A stretch of DNA of 64,000 bases. Source: Monocercomonoides exilis PA203 (lineage: Eukaryota > Protista > Preaxostyla). The position numbers and the translations under genes were made by a program. The stretch spans positions 1,240,001-1,304,000 of the forward strand of contig LSRY02000013.1 of NCBI GenBank assembly GCA_001643675.2, given 5' to 3'. How positions within the stretch are numbered: position 1 is the first letter of the stretch; every line of letters begins with the position of its first letter. This document shows positions 12,047-25,214 of the stretch, piece by piece. Below the pieces are notes generated by a model. The model had not been told where the DNA came from and searched no databases. It was given only the letters and a program-made list of their open reading frames with translations.

Positions 12047-13651
12047 TCATTCAAACCTGGGGTCAACCTTAATTTTGGCAAGCATAAATATTTTTTCATC
12101 AGCAAACATCACAAACACTCTTGGTGATAAACTTCTCATCGAGTTGTGATCGATCCCCAAATGACCCACCTCCAGCTGACCAGAAGATATGCTAAACAGC
12201 GTTATCGAAGAGAGTGGATTCGTCCCAATCACACTCGCTGTCTTCCCTCTCCCAACAACAGAAATCTTCTTTTCCCCAACACTGATTGTCACTCCTTCAC
12301 TCACATGCTTCCCACCCAACACTGTGATTGTCGAGCTCAGCTGCGCCATGCTCGACCCCACTGCATGCTCCACGGTCTTGCAAGGCGCAGACTCACTCAT
12401 CCCACACAGATTGCTCGTGTCATCCCCACTCACCCCAACAAACCGATCCTTCATTCCCTCCTTCAACCATCCCTTCTTTTCTGTATGTTGAAGGCTATTA
12501 CCATTATAGCACACTCTCTTCTCATTTGTATTCGTTGTGTACGATTCATAGAACGGGCTATTCGAAGAGAAGAGATTGCTTCCATCTGAAAAATACACAT
12601 CGTGGCCACATAGATTGGAATTTGTGCATCTGCAATCATGGAAAAAGAAGAAATAGCAATAAATATTGTTGCTTGGAGCTGTTTGTTGGTTTGGCCAGAA
12701 ATCCATTCCTCCACCATATGACACAGCCGAACAAGAAATAAACTGCAGACTCCTCATTTTGAATGCGGCCGGAACATTTTGACAATACATCCCTCCGCCA
12801 AATCTATCTGTCCGTGAGCACAAAGTGAAAAAACACTCAAACACACAAGCGCTCTTCCCGTTCTCACTTTCTGTTCCAATGCAGGAAGATCCAGAAATAT
12901 TAAAATAATCGAGATAAAGTCCTCCTCCCCAATTACTTGCATTACATTTCTGAAATTCACACCCGCTGATCCGAACACATGTTGAAATTCCATACACATA
13001 CAATCCTCCTCCGTAATGGTTTTGCGCTGTACAGGCATTGAACACATTATTTTCGATACGCACAGATTTTATTGTATGACACATAATCCCTCCACCACGG
13101 CTGTATGCAAGACAGTTATTAAACAGACAATTCGAAACAGAAAGTTCTCCAGAATTGAGATTGTACATGCAGATGGCCCCTCCACTCGATACCCCGTCCG
13201 TAACGGAATCGCTTTCTCCTGTTGTCCTTGATCCGTTCCACTCACACCATATAAATGTATTCGCTCCATTTTCTGTTTCGTTCTGTCTGTCTGGAGTTAG
13301 CTTATGATCTGCATTTCCTTCACATTTAACATTTCTTGTTCGACAACATCCAATGAATGAAGTGTTTGAAACAGCCAAAGAGGCCAAGGGATTGTTGAGG
13401 GAATGAACAATCCCTCCATCATACACATCGCAAACAGAAGAAAATGAGCAGCTGCTCATTAAACAAGTGGTTTGGGTTGACATTGTGGTTGAAGACAAAC
13501 ATGCCTCATTTGCTGTTGAGATGTTGAAAAAAGTGAGTCTGGAGAGGGATATTAGGGGTATTGGGAAGATGAGAAAAAATTTGCAAAAAGATGAGAAATG
13601 CAACACGATAAAGAAATTATTCCTTTCCATTCTTTTGATTTTCATATGCAT
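12047..13651 (-). pseudogene. Fragment of the N-terminal beta-helix region of the giant receptor family
   Basis: Collinear with the 34292-43255 protein from ISLS.L.FFNISTAN to about SP.V.V (shared SCSFSSVCD.YDGGIVHSLNNP, WCEWNGS.TTGESDS, QHTEK). No TM or tail; both ORF ends run into non-homologous sequence. Confidence 0.8.
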
Positions 13652-13790
13652 GTTAGCATCTTGTCAAAAAATATCCCATTAAGCTTGAGTACTTCTTCTC
13701 TTTTTTTTCAACAACTGCTTTCGCAAAGAATAAAGCGTATCAAATATGAATAAATTCTTTTTGTTATTCTCTTCAATATAATTTTATTTT

Positions 13791-14323
13791 TTTCATAAAC
13801 GGAGTTTCATCTCAGTTCCAACGAATCCGATGCTTTTCATGAAATATAAATCAAAAATTATTAAGTACCAATGAAAATCTCATAATTAAAAATAATATTC
13901 AACAATCAAACATGCACATCCATTTCAATAAAGTTGTCATCTATTTTTCTTAAAAGTGAAAATCAATAACTGCACGAATGCTTGTGTAAATTTTTATAAC
14001 CTTATTTTTAAGAATTAGCAACATAAAAAATAATATAGAGGGAAAAACATCTTGACAAACATTAAACACTATATTTTTACTTGTATAATTGAATTAATAA
14101 ACACATTTGAACTTTTAGGAGCCAAGAAATCGAATTTTAAGTTTGCAGTGATCAACATAAAAATATTATGGGTCTCCAAAATTGAAAATTCTGTTGAAAA
14201 TTTTTTGATCGAATTTCAAAATTTCCCTCCTTGAATCGCTTGATTTAATTATGTAGATTAACACCATAATATTCAAAATTTGAAAAAGTGCAAAATGAAA
14301 GTGGTCCAATTTTCACCTATGCC
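13791..14323 (-). repeat. Right inverted arm of element A
   Basis: Reverse complement of 7970-8502. Confidence 0.95.
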
Positions 14324-14972
14324 ATTTTTATTGAAATTTTATGTTTTCATTATAAAATATATGTTTGATAATCTGAAAAGAGATCGTTGAAAAAGATGAA
14401 AACATGCAATCAATCGATGATATTTTTTTTAAATATTTGTAATAATAAAAATGAATATAAACTTTTGATAATTCAATTATCTTTTTTCCGTTAAAGAAAA
14501 TATATCGGATTGGAGAAGAGAAAAAGAACATTTTCTGAAGGATAGTAGTGGAAATTTAGAACGGTTCCAAGGTCAGTGACAGCGGGGAATTGATGATAGA
14601 ATTTGGCAAGATGACTTTTTTTGAAAAGCATCTTTGAAGGAAATTCATTTTTCAAAATAACATTGGGTGGTTTTTTTATCCGGACAAAAATTTTAATAAT
14701 TAGTTTAATCAACTCACTTTTAATATTTTGTTAGTTGTTTTTCGTATATAAGGACAAGTCAACAGTTTGAAATTTTGATTAAATTACTAGACCTAATCTC
14801 TGATGGGGGGGAGTTAGCTCCTCCATCTCTGATTTGTGCCTCCGCTGAAGAGATTAGGAAATAGCAAGGGGTATTACTTAGATAGAATTTGATCGAATTT
14901 TTTTAGATTTTTTTTTCATTTCAAAAAAATTTTATTAAAAATAAATAAAATCATAACAAATATTAAATTTGG

Positions 14973-15610
14973 ATGAATGTTGTCAAACAAAGAGAAGAAA
15001 GTGGATTTCCGAAATTGAGAGATATAATATTATCTTACCAGTTTCATCAAATCAAAAATCGATTAGTTCGAATTGCTTCAATAATTGCTGATGGAAAATG
15101 TCGTGTTACCGACGATGTTTATCTAAATGAATTCTCTTGTTCATCGATAAACCGAGCCTTTACTGCTGTTGAAAAGTGAAGAACCATGGGTAAAGTTGGT
15201 CTTCCAGAGCTATTCACGAAAGAAGATAAAGAAGTGATAACCGGAGTCATCAGAATCGAAAGTGTGACAGGAGTGAGTTATTCTGTAACTCAAACAAAAT
15301 GATTGGTTTGTATTCAATGCTTCATCTTATCTATATTTATTATTAATAATAATTAAAGATGGAATCAGTGCTAACTGATTGAAAAATTCGAAGTGGAGAA
15401 GAAGAACCGGAAGTCAAAATTTTAAAATCAACTTCTTATCTCTTTGTCAAAAAAATTCAGATCTCAAAACATTAATTCATTATATCGTTGGCATTGAACG
15501 TATATCTGTCTAAAACAAACAATCTCTTCAACCTTTCTTCTCTCTTATGCAATCACTTCATGATGCTCACAAATACTCTCTTTCTCTCATCTTCAACACC
15601 GACGAATCCT
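14973..15610 (+). pseudogene. Truncated pogo-type transposase related to the one at 4802
   Basis: NRLVRIASIIADGKCRVTD..GKVGLP matches SRLERMAHIVVDGVVRITD..GKVGRP. Contains stops and an intron at 15306-15358. Ends at IFNTDES, exactly where element B begins. Confidence 0.8.
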
Positions 15611-16326
15611 GGCATAGGTGTATTTAAGGTCCTTTTCCAATTCTCGATTATTCTTTAAAACAATATGATAAATAAAAAGGATATTTAATAATAAAACATT
15701 TGTATGGACTGGAATTTTGAAATTCTTTTTGATCCTTGAGAAAAAACTATTTTTAAAAATCACCCATAAATCTGAGTAATTTTTCAAAATTTTAATAAAA
15801 ATTGATAATTTAAAATAATAAGCTGCTAGAAGGTCATTTATTATTACGCACTCTTATTACATTTATGATTTTTCAAAAAATAAAACATTTCAAAAAATAA
15901 ATAAATAAATATAAATTATTTGATCAAACCCACAATTATATTTTGAATTATTGAATAGAAAATTTTGTCTTTTTTGTTTGATGTGTGGTTTATACACTTG
16001 TGAATGAATGATAAATTAAACATATAAATATTTATAAATTATATGCACTGATTATTGTTAAAGATAATTTTATGTTTTTGTTTGAATGTTGTTAAATTAT
16101 GAAGCCTTTATGAATGCAATGTGAAACTATATGAATTCGGCATTATAAGATAGAATTACAAATTCATTTTGAATGCAGATGGACGTTTTCTTTTCTTTTT
16201 TTTTATAATTATTACACAAATATGATAACTTGATACTTAATAAATCATATCTTTTCTTCTTTATCAATATGGAATGTTGAAAATAAGATAGAAACAAGAA
16301 AATAAGGAAGAAAAATATCCTTCACA

Positions 16327-17116
<790 letters not shown>

Positions 17117-17335
17117 ATAAAAGAACATGAAAAAATAAAGTTGATACAACTGAAAAGCATTTGATTCACAAAAGCATCAAAATGTTATCAAATTCTCCTT
17201 AAACTCATTCGAATAGCAAGAGCACATTAAAAAACAAAAAAATACAACATTTTCCCTTCACCTTCTCCCCTTTTCTTCAAACACACCTTCCCCTCCTCTC
17301 TTTCTTTCTCTCTTTTCTTTCTCTCTTTCTTTCTC

Positions 17336-18530
17336 TCATTCCTCCCACACCTTCTCACCAAACAGCCTCGCTGTCTCGTCTGAGCACTTGCACGACGAAC
17401 AAAATATCAAAATGTGTTTTCTTGGCGGAATATCATTTGCGATTCTGTTCAGCTGCACAGCCGTTACTGCATCGAAGATGCGACTCGGAATGAGTGTGGA
17501 GTGAACCTGCTTCCGTGCAGCCATTGAGACGCGAGAGAGAGAATAAGCCAGACAGTGGAGGAAGAGGCGGGTGCTGTCGCGGATAGTTGCGAGCTGGGAG
17601 AGGGAGATAGTGAGGGAAGAAGAAGAGGAGGGAGAAGAAGAAGAGGGAGAGGGGGAAGAAGAAGAAGAAGAGGAAGAGGAAGGGGAAGATGATGACTGAG
17701 AAGTGTTTGGTTGAGAAGAAAAAGATGACAAAGAAGACAAAGAGGAAGAATAAGAAAAAGAAGCAGAAGCATACGAAGCAATTGACAACTGTCGCTGATT
17801 CATTGAAGGTGCTCTGCAATAGTTCATCACTTTCTCCAAAGTGACTCCAGCGGCTGCGACACTCCGTGTGAGCTGAGAGAGAATCTGTGCATATGATGAA
17901 ACCCCTTTCCTCTGATTGATCGGAGGCAGAATCTCAAGATATTCCTTTTTTATTATTTAAAAAAAAAAATTGAATTATCAATGAAAAATTAATAGATAAA
18001 TAAATAAATATAATTGAAAGAATAAGATAAATTTTCAACAAATAATAAAGCAAGTCATCATCGTCATCATCAATATAATAAATTTCAATATTATCAAAAT
18101 AAATAGATACATATTTCCATCTCTCTCTCTCCCTCCTTCCCTCCCCAACAAAGCACCCCTCCCTCCCCTCTTCCCTTCAAAACCCCAATTCCACAACACA
18201 GGAGGAAACAGCCCCAGCCCCTTCAGCTACTTCAGCTTTTGCACATGCTGCTGCGCATACAGCGTGTTCGCAAACTGCTCCGCAATCTTCCTCCCGCTCG
18301 GATCGTCCATCCGGTTCAAAGTCGCTGTCATCCCCAGAACATACCTCAGTTTCAGCGCATTTTCACACAAAGATTCGAAAAGAGAGCGGAATGAAGGGGA
18401 GAGGACGTGATGTGCTTCATCGACAATGAGATGGGTTACTCGTTCCTGGACGGCTCTGATCACTTTGCCAAGCGACTGGAACAAGACAAACACAAAATGC
18501 GCGTTCTGCAGCCGGCAGATGAGGGAGGAA
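17336..18530 (-). pseudogene. Fragment of an SF2 DEAH-type (ResIII/Irc3-like) helicase gene with an intron
   Basis: Motif II LIVDEAHH and motif III LGMTAT (18227-18493); motif IV-like HILIFCSS..DETARLF (17336-17839). An AT-rich intron-like gap lies between them. Walker A and motifs V/VI are not seen. Confidence 0.65.
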
Positions 18531-19784
18531 GATAGATGGAATAATAATAATAATAATAATAATAATGAGGAGAAGTGATGCTATTTTTGAAAAAGGAAAT
18601 AGAGTTAACTGTGTATATAGTAATCATCGAATTATCTAAATTTTGTCGTTGTTTTTGAGAGCTCTTATAATTGAAACAGTTATATGAAAGAACATGCCTT
18701 GAAAGAGAGCGCTTGGTATTTATTATATGAAATAGCAACATGGAATTCGGAGTTAAAGAAATCACTTTAACATTTTTTATTGATAGTATTAAATCAAGTA
18801 TTAAAGTATTAATATTTCAAATCTATTCATTTTATATAAATAATAGCTATATCAATTTGAAAAGTGACTGGAAAAGAACAAAAAGAAAAATATTATCTTT
18901 TGTATTTGAAAAAAAAGCAAAAAATTGAAAAAATTAAAAATGAAATATATAAAAGGAACTTTGAAAAGCTAAAACCTGATAATAAATTTTCACAATCAAT
19001 AGTGATCATCCGTTGTGTTTTATGTGGATCGAAAACCAATTAATACACACAAAAACAATTTTTGAAATTAAATGCAGCAAAGTGAAAGCAGTCTGAGTTA
19101 ATTTTGCAGGTAATTATCTCTCTATGAAAGGATGGAAATAATTAGTGACGATAACGTTATTATATAAAGCATTAATACTTTATATCATGCAGAAAAGCAA
19201 AATTTTCTTTTTAATAATTCAAAATATAATTGTGGGTTTGATCAAAGAATTTTGATTTTTTTATTTATTTTTGTAAATGTTTTATTTTTTGAAAAATCAT
19301 AAATGTAATAAGAGTGCGTAATAATAAATGACCTTCTAGCAGCTTATTATTTTAAATTATCAATTTTTATTAAAATTTTGAAAAATTACTCAGATTTATG
19401 GGTGATTTTTAAAAATAGTTTTTTCTCAAGGATCAAAAAGAATTTCAAAATTCCAGTCCATACAAATGTTTTATTATTAAATATCCTTTTTATTTATCAT
19501 ATTGTTTTAAAGAATAATCGAGAATTGGAAAAGGACCTTAAATACACCTATGCCTAATCACATTCATTTATTGTCTCATTTTTCGATGCACCGACATTTT
19601 TTGCTTGTTTTTCATTCATTTTTCATCGCATATAATCACTGGGCCGGAAATATATAATCACATTTTTTATTAATTTGAGTGTTTTTTTCGATGAAAAATC
19701 TCAATTTTCTGATCTTTTGAAAATGCGCTCGAATAAGTCCAAATAATATGTGTTTCACTATTTATTATTCAAATTAGGTGAACT

Positions 19785-20041
19785 GGGTGATAATTTTTGA
19801 AATCATATTATTTCATTCAACAATTTCTGTGCAAAAATATTTCTCGAATATCAATTAAAAAATTTTGAAAAGAGATAAGACTTATTGAATTTATTTTAAT
19901 CTTTGATTCGGAAAAACCATTTGTTTTCAAAAACAATTATTATGCTTTTTCTCTTTTGAATTTAAATTATTCTTTCAAAAACGAACAATCTTTGAAAAAT
20001 TAACGCACCGAAAAAAAATATGATCTCAAAAATAATCACCC
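19785..20041. mobile_element. 257-bp MITE with GGG/CCC ends and a 4-bp TSD (Sola-like)
   Basis: TIRs GGGTGATAATTTTTGAAATCATATT and AATATGATCTCAAAAATAATCACCC. AACT is duplicated at 19781-84 and 20042-45. Removal restores a 22-bp repeat unit. Confidence 0.8.
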
Positions 20042-20210
20042 AACTTATTATTCGAAATTATTAAACTTTTAATTCAAAATTGGTCAACTAATTATTCGAT
20101 TTTGGTAAACTTATTATTCAAAGTTGTTAAACTAATTATTCAAAATTGTTAAACTAATTATTCAAAATTGTTAAACTTATTATTCGAAATTGGCAAACTT
20201 ATTCAAAATT
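20042..20210 (+). repeat. 22-bp tandem array, consensus ~AAACTWATTATTCRAAATTGTT
   Basis: Units start at 20107, 20129 and 20151 (period 22). Inverted copies at 22554-22591 and 22858-22930. Confidence 0.9.
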
Positions 20211-20872
20211 AATAAAATCCAGTATTTTTTATTAAAAATTTTTTTGATATAATATAATCACTGACCGAGTGTCGGAAAATGAATAAAATGTTTTGTTTTT
20301 TCATTATTCTAAAAAAGGATGAAAAATTGAACCTCTGGTATTATTATTTGTCGAAAAACATGAAGTTTTTTGATTTTGCACAAAAAATTCATCATCATGG
20401 AAATCGGATAATTTTTGAATTATTTCACTTAACTTTGTAAAATAATAAATAATTCATTCTTGAATTGTTATTTGAAATTAAAGATCTTAAGATAAACAAA
20501 AAATAACAATTTAAGAATTCAGAAAACGCATTCATGGATTTATTCAGTTGTGAAAAATATTTTCATATTGTTGTGCAAAATTGATGCAAAAAACTTTTCT
20601 TTATTGAAAAATGCATGTATTAACAACGTGAGGTTTATTCATTTGAAAAATTATCCGATTTCATGGATGATGAATTTTTTTCTGAAAAATCAAAAAACTT
20701 CATGTTTTTCGACAAATAATAATACCAGAGGTTCAATTTTTCATCCTTTTTAAGAATAATGAAAAAACAAAACATTTTAATCACTTTCTGACACTCAACC
20801 AATGATAATATTATATCAAAAAATTTTTTTACAAAAAATACTGATTTTAATAAATTTCGAATAAGAAGTTTA

Positions 20873-22551
20873 CAGATATTCCCTGTTCTTGTTAATTGTT
20901 AATTCTTTTTGAAATATCGATATTTAAAAAATCAAACTTTTGATGAGTATTTTGATTATAATGTCATGTTTTTTTTGAAATGATTGATTTAATACGAATG
21001 ATTATAACTCTTCAACATTTCAATTGTTCAAAAACAAAAATCTATTGCGGAAGTCCAAAATAAACTGGCATTCTATCGATGTTCATTATTCCACATTCAC
21101 CTTCCTTTGTTTGTCTTGTTTTTCTTGAACATGAAAGCGGCAATGATTTGTTGAACAATTTCACAATTTCCATCACTTTTTGGAAGCTTTCTTCGAAGAT
21201 CTAAGCTGTTGAAGGAGTTTTTTGAAAATCATTCACAAGTCAACTTTCTTTAAATGCAGAAAAAATGTTGATCGATGTAGAAACTTGCAGAATAGCATTC
21301 GCTGCAACCCACAAAAGTTGTTCCATACTATCATGCGTTGAACCTGATCTAACCTGTTGAATTTGAAGTTTCCAAAGTGAAAAAATTAATAAATCCAATG
21401 ACTGCAACAAGTGTGTTGTATTCGGAGGCAAAACAAAAAGCAAAATATTTTCATTTGCAAGTCGAGTCAATACACTATCAGAGAGGTGGATTCTGCACCC
21501 ATCAAGCATTAACACTGTTTATGCATGTTTATCTGGTGAACTCATTCTTTTAATGTTGATAAGAGGAATGAAAACTTTCTCAATCCAGTTTTCAAACAAC
21601 TCCTTTGTGAAACAAGACGAATTTCCGATTTCCACACAACCATGAATTCCTGCTTGATAGTCTAGAGAATGAAGGGGTCTTATGTTGAATGGTTTTTGCA
21701 CCAGAAAACAAGGAGGAACAAAAGTTCCATCATGCGAAATGCAATGGAGCAATAAAATCCTTTTTTCTCCTCTGTCCACAGGCGTGCGATCAATTTCACG
21801 ATTTTCATTTGTTCCAATAATAAGATTCACATTTCTTGTATCTTCATAGGCATGATAACCTGATTCATCAGCACAGAAGATCATGGATGAATAATTTCCA
21901 CACACATATTGAACAAAATAATTTTTCAAAGTGATTATGCTTTGTTCCGTTATTTTCATTCTTTTTTCGTCTCTCACGCTTGAAGAGACGACCATCAATT
22001 CCTCGCTGTGCCTTTTTATGAATGAAGAATGAAAATTGTGAGAAGGCGTTTTATGACAAACTTTCGCAACAACGGCTCTCAGCGTTTTCGGTGTGATTTG
22101 CTTTCTTTTATCTCTCAAAATTTTCAGTATTTCCATGACTCGTTTTTCTTGCTTTCGAGTCATCAACATGTTTTTTTTCTCAATTTCCTTTTTCCTTATA
22201 TATCCGGTTCTGACCTGGCAGACAAGGCTCGGTGTGCAGTTGAGTGCCTTTGCAATTCGCACGTTTGAATGAATTTTGATTTTTCTCATTTTGCAAGCGT
22301 CGAAGAAGGAACGAATCAATGAAACTTTTGTTTTTGAAGTGTCTCGAGATAAGACGGATGAAATGAAGTGCAGGTCTATTTTTGGAATAAATTTTGTTTA
22401 AACTGTTTCAAACAAAGATGGACGAAAAGTTGAAATAACGAAAGGCATTTCCAATAAAAAGATAGACAAATTTGTTTATCTGAAACAACCATAATAATAA
22501 AAGAATTATTGTGACAAACATTTAACAATTAACATGAATAGTGAGTGACTG
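20873..22551 (-). mobile_element. pogo-like transposon (CAG..CTG ends, TA TSD)
   Basis: ~30-bp imperfect TIRs CAGATATTCCCTGTTCTTGTTAATTGTTAA and TTAACAATTAACATGAATAGTGAGTGACTG. TA at 20871-72 and 22552-53. Confidence 0.8.
21240..22319 (-). pseudogene. DD35D transposase split by an in-frame stop
   Basis: Motifs FCADESG, LMLDGCRIH and TTHLLQSLD; HTH-like RIAKALNCTPSLV. ORFs 21519-22319 and 21240-21515 are in the same frame across one TAA. Confidence 0.82.
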
Positions 22552-22591
22552 TACCAAAATCGAATAATTTGTTTATTAATTTTGAATAATT

Positions 22592-22857
22592 CGGGGAAAA
22601 TATGGATTTTCAAGCTTTTATTGCACAATGCATGAAAAAATTGTTTCACTTATAACATTTTTAAACTTTCCCAGATTTCAAAAACAATTTGATTTTCATA
22701 TCTGTTCACAAATATCATTGATATAAAACATAAAATTTTGTGACATTCCATGAATGTCAAAAAATAAACCCATTTTTTTCTAATTTTTTGGTAACAAAAA
22801 GATCATCTTTGATGCAAAATTTGTAATGAAAATGCCTGAAGTCAAATATTTTGTCCC
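22592..22857. mobile_element. 266-bp degenerate MITE with a 4-bp AATT TSD (Sola-like)
   Basis: Imperfect TIRs CGGGGAAAATATGGATTTTCAAGC and GCCTGAAGTCAAATATTTTGTCCC. AATT at 22588-91 and 22858-61. Removal restores the repeat array. Confidence 0.62.
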
Positions 22858-23652
22858 AATTAGTTGACCAATTTTGAATAATAAGTTTAACAATTTCAAA
22901 TAATAAGTTCACCAAATTTGAATAAAAATTAGTGAAATGATAAAAATTGTTATTTCAATTGAAAAAATGTGTTTTTGTGAATAATTTCCAAAAATAAAAA
23001 AAACTTGATTTATTATTAATCATATCAAAAAAAATTTTTTTTATATTTCTGTGAAATGTCACATTGTTTATAATGACAATCGGATATAGACATAAAAAGC
23101 AGTGCATAAATCGATGTGATAATACCCGATTTAGACTGAATTTCAAATATTTTTATCATTAAAAAAAATTTTCTTCTTCTTTTATTTAACACTGAAATGA
23201 AAGATTTATAATAAATAGGTTGTAACAAAGAAATGGAACAAAGAATTGTTTTCTTCTTTATTTAATAATATTTCTGGAATATCTGCAAAATTAAGGAACA
23301 TTATCAATTAACCTTTGAATTCTATTTTGAACCAAGAATTGTTAACATATTATATTTAATGATAAGCTTGAATTTTTATTCGTTTTTGATTAAAATTTTA
23401 TTTTTCAACAGAAATTATTTGTTATGGAAGTTCTCTGAAAAGATTATTTTTTATTTATTAGGAATTGCGAAATAAATAGAAACTGAACAATAAAAAATTA
23501 AAATGAACAAAGAAGCTATGCATTTAACCCCAGTAATTGCTTTTTTAGAAGGTTTTCATTGTTTGCAAGCTTTGACACGATATTTTTTTGAGTTTTTATT
23601 ATGCTTTTCAAGAAATATAAATAATTAGAAAATTAAACACCAATTACTTGAA

Positions 23653-25214
23653 ATGAGCGGAACAAAGCCTGACAGAGATTTTGTCAAGATGCATTACGAA
23701 GCTTTGCTCGAAGGACAAGAAGAATGCGAGAAAGAACTGTTTCGTTACAAAAAAGTGCTGAAAGAATATCATCAATTGCAAGAATCAATTGACCAAAAAT
23801 GTCAAAAGCATAGAAAGCAACTCGAGGCTACGAAAAAACTTGTGAAGAATGCAGATATGCCTGAAACAGAAAAAACAGAAAAATTGAATGCAATATCAGA
23901 AATGAAAGTGAAGGCATATTCATGGAGATCTCTTTTTCCGTGCGAGAGCAAAGGATTTTTGGCTTATTTTATTGGAGCTGCAAATGTTAGAATGCTCAAA
24001 CCTTCTGAACGTTTAAACTACAAAATGGTGTAATTTTCTTTTATCTTTTTTTATATTTTTAACAAGCAAATTCACAGGAATACAACAAGTTCAGACAGAA
24101 TTATTCATACATTTTTATTTTATTTAATTTTGTGTTGGGCTTTCTTTTGAATTATCATCTACTCGATATTTTATGGTTTGGATGGAATGTCACTTTTTAT
24201 TTGGCAGTTTCGCTGAGAGAGCGCATTTTGCGAGTGAACGGATCACACATCAGAGGATGGTGGAAAGTGCATCACATGTGCTGTCTCCTCTTCTGTTGCG
24301 GGCTTGTTGCGTGGTTTGATTCTCGGCAATACCAGGAGATGCGGCGATCGCTGTATGCAGTTGGTGTTTACACAGGAGCCGTGCAATATTTGCAGGCAAA
24401 GTATCAGATGTCGCGCTTGTATACGCTCGTGTCCTTGGGGAAAGTGAGCGAGATGGACGTGCCGAACAGAGACTCTGCTCCTCTGCACTGGTCGATCAAC
24501 ATGACCCTTTTACTTCCATTTCTTCTGATCGGGTATTTTTTGCAGTTCTACATGGGATTCCGGATGTGCGCGCTTTACGTGACGAGGCGTGTGTTCAAGG
24601 AGTGGAACCTGGTTTTTGTGGGTGGGATTTTCATATTCCTTTCAGTGGGAAACACATTGGCCACTGGCATCACAGCGATCAAGTCACACGGAGGGAAGAG
24701 AGTGAACTATGTGGTCGAATGGACATCGCAGTTCCTGTACGGAGGGAGCGGATATACTGAGCGTCTGGCACAGCCCCAGCCCCAGCCCCAGCCTCATTCT
24801 CTGCCTCAGTCAAATCTTCAGTCTAATCTTCAGTGTAATCTACAGTCTCAACTTGAACCTCAGAATAAATCTCAGTGTAATCTTTTATCTCAATCTCAAT
24901 CTTCTTCACAACAACCACAATCAAAATCCAAATTGAATCCGAAATTGCAACAGCAGCAGCAGCATTCACAAGAGCAGGTGAAGATGATGCAGGCGAAGCT
25001 GTCGAAGGGAATGAAGGCAAATGCCATTGATACAATGCAGACTGCTGGTGGAATTGGTACTTTGCCATCATCATCATCATCATCATCGTTAACCTCAACA
25101 TCTTCTTCTCTTTCTTTTTCTCCTCCTCCTTCTTCCTCAACACAAGAATTTTCCTTGGCTAACATCAAATCGAATACAAAAATCAATCACACTTCATTTT
25201 TTGGAAAGAAATAA
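23653..25214 (+). CDS. TMEM120: TMEM120/TMPIT-family membrane protein (2 exons; intron 24028-24077)
   Basis: N-terminal coiled coil; splicing gives LNYKM^EYNKFR. LRERILRVNGSHIRGWWKVHH and YLQAKYQMSRLY match the TMEM120 signature. Multiple TM segments and a Q/S-rich tail. Confidence 0.85.

Larger units (their letters stand above)
7970..14323. mobile_element. Long-TIR non-autonomous element A with cargo (Pack-type)
   Basis: 533-bp inverted arms 7970-8502 and 13791-14323, nearly identical (two mismatches noticed), starting GGCATAGGTG. The interior holds a receptor-gene fragment and a nested pogo element. No clean TSD. Confidence 0.7.
19756..22934. mobile_element. CACTA-terminated foldback-like element with 22-bp subterminal repeat arrays, hosting three nested insertions
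   Basis: CACTA at 19756 and TAGTG ending at 22934. After removing the nested elements, the left arm (19756-~20420) is the reverse complement of the right arm (~20641-22934). No transposase of its own; TSD unclear. Confidence 0.7.

Noticed and set aside
14792-14858. Hammerhead ribozyme
   Set aside because: CTGATGG does not match the CUGANGA core, and no correctly placed GAAA or cleavage triplet is present.
20042-20210. Regular repeats as a CRISPR array
   Set aside because: The units are head-to-tail without unique spacers, there are no cas genes, and the context is a eukaryotic transposon.
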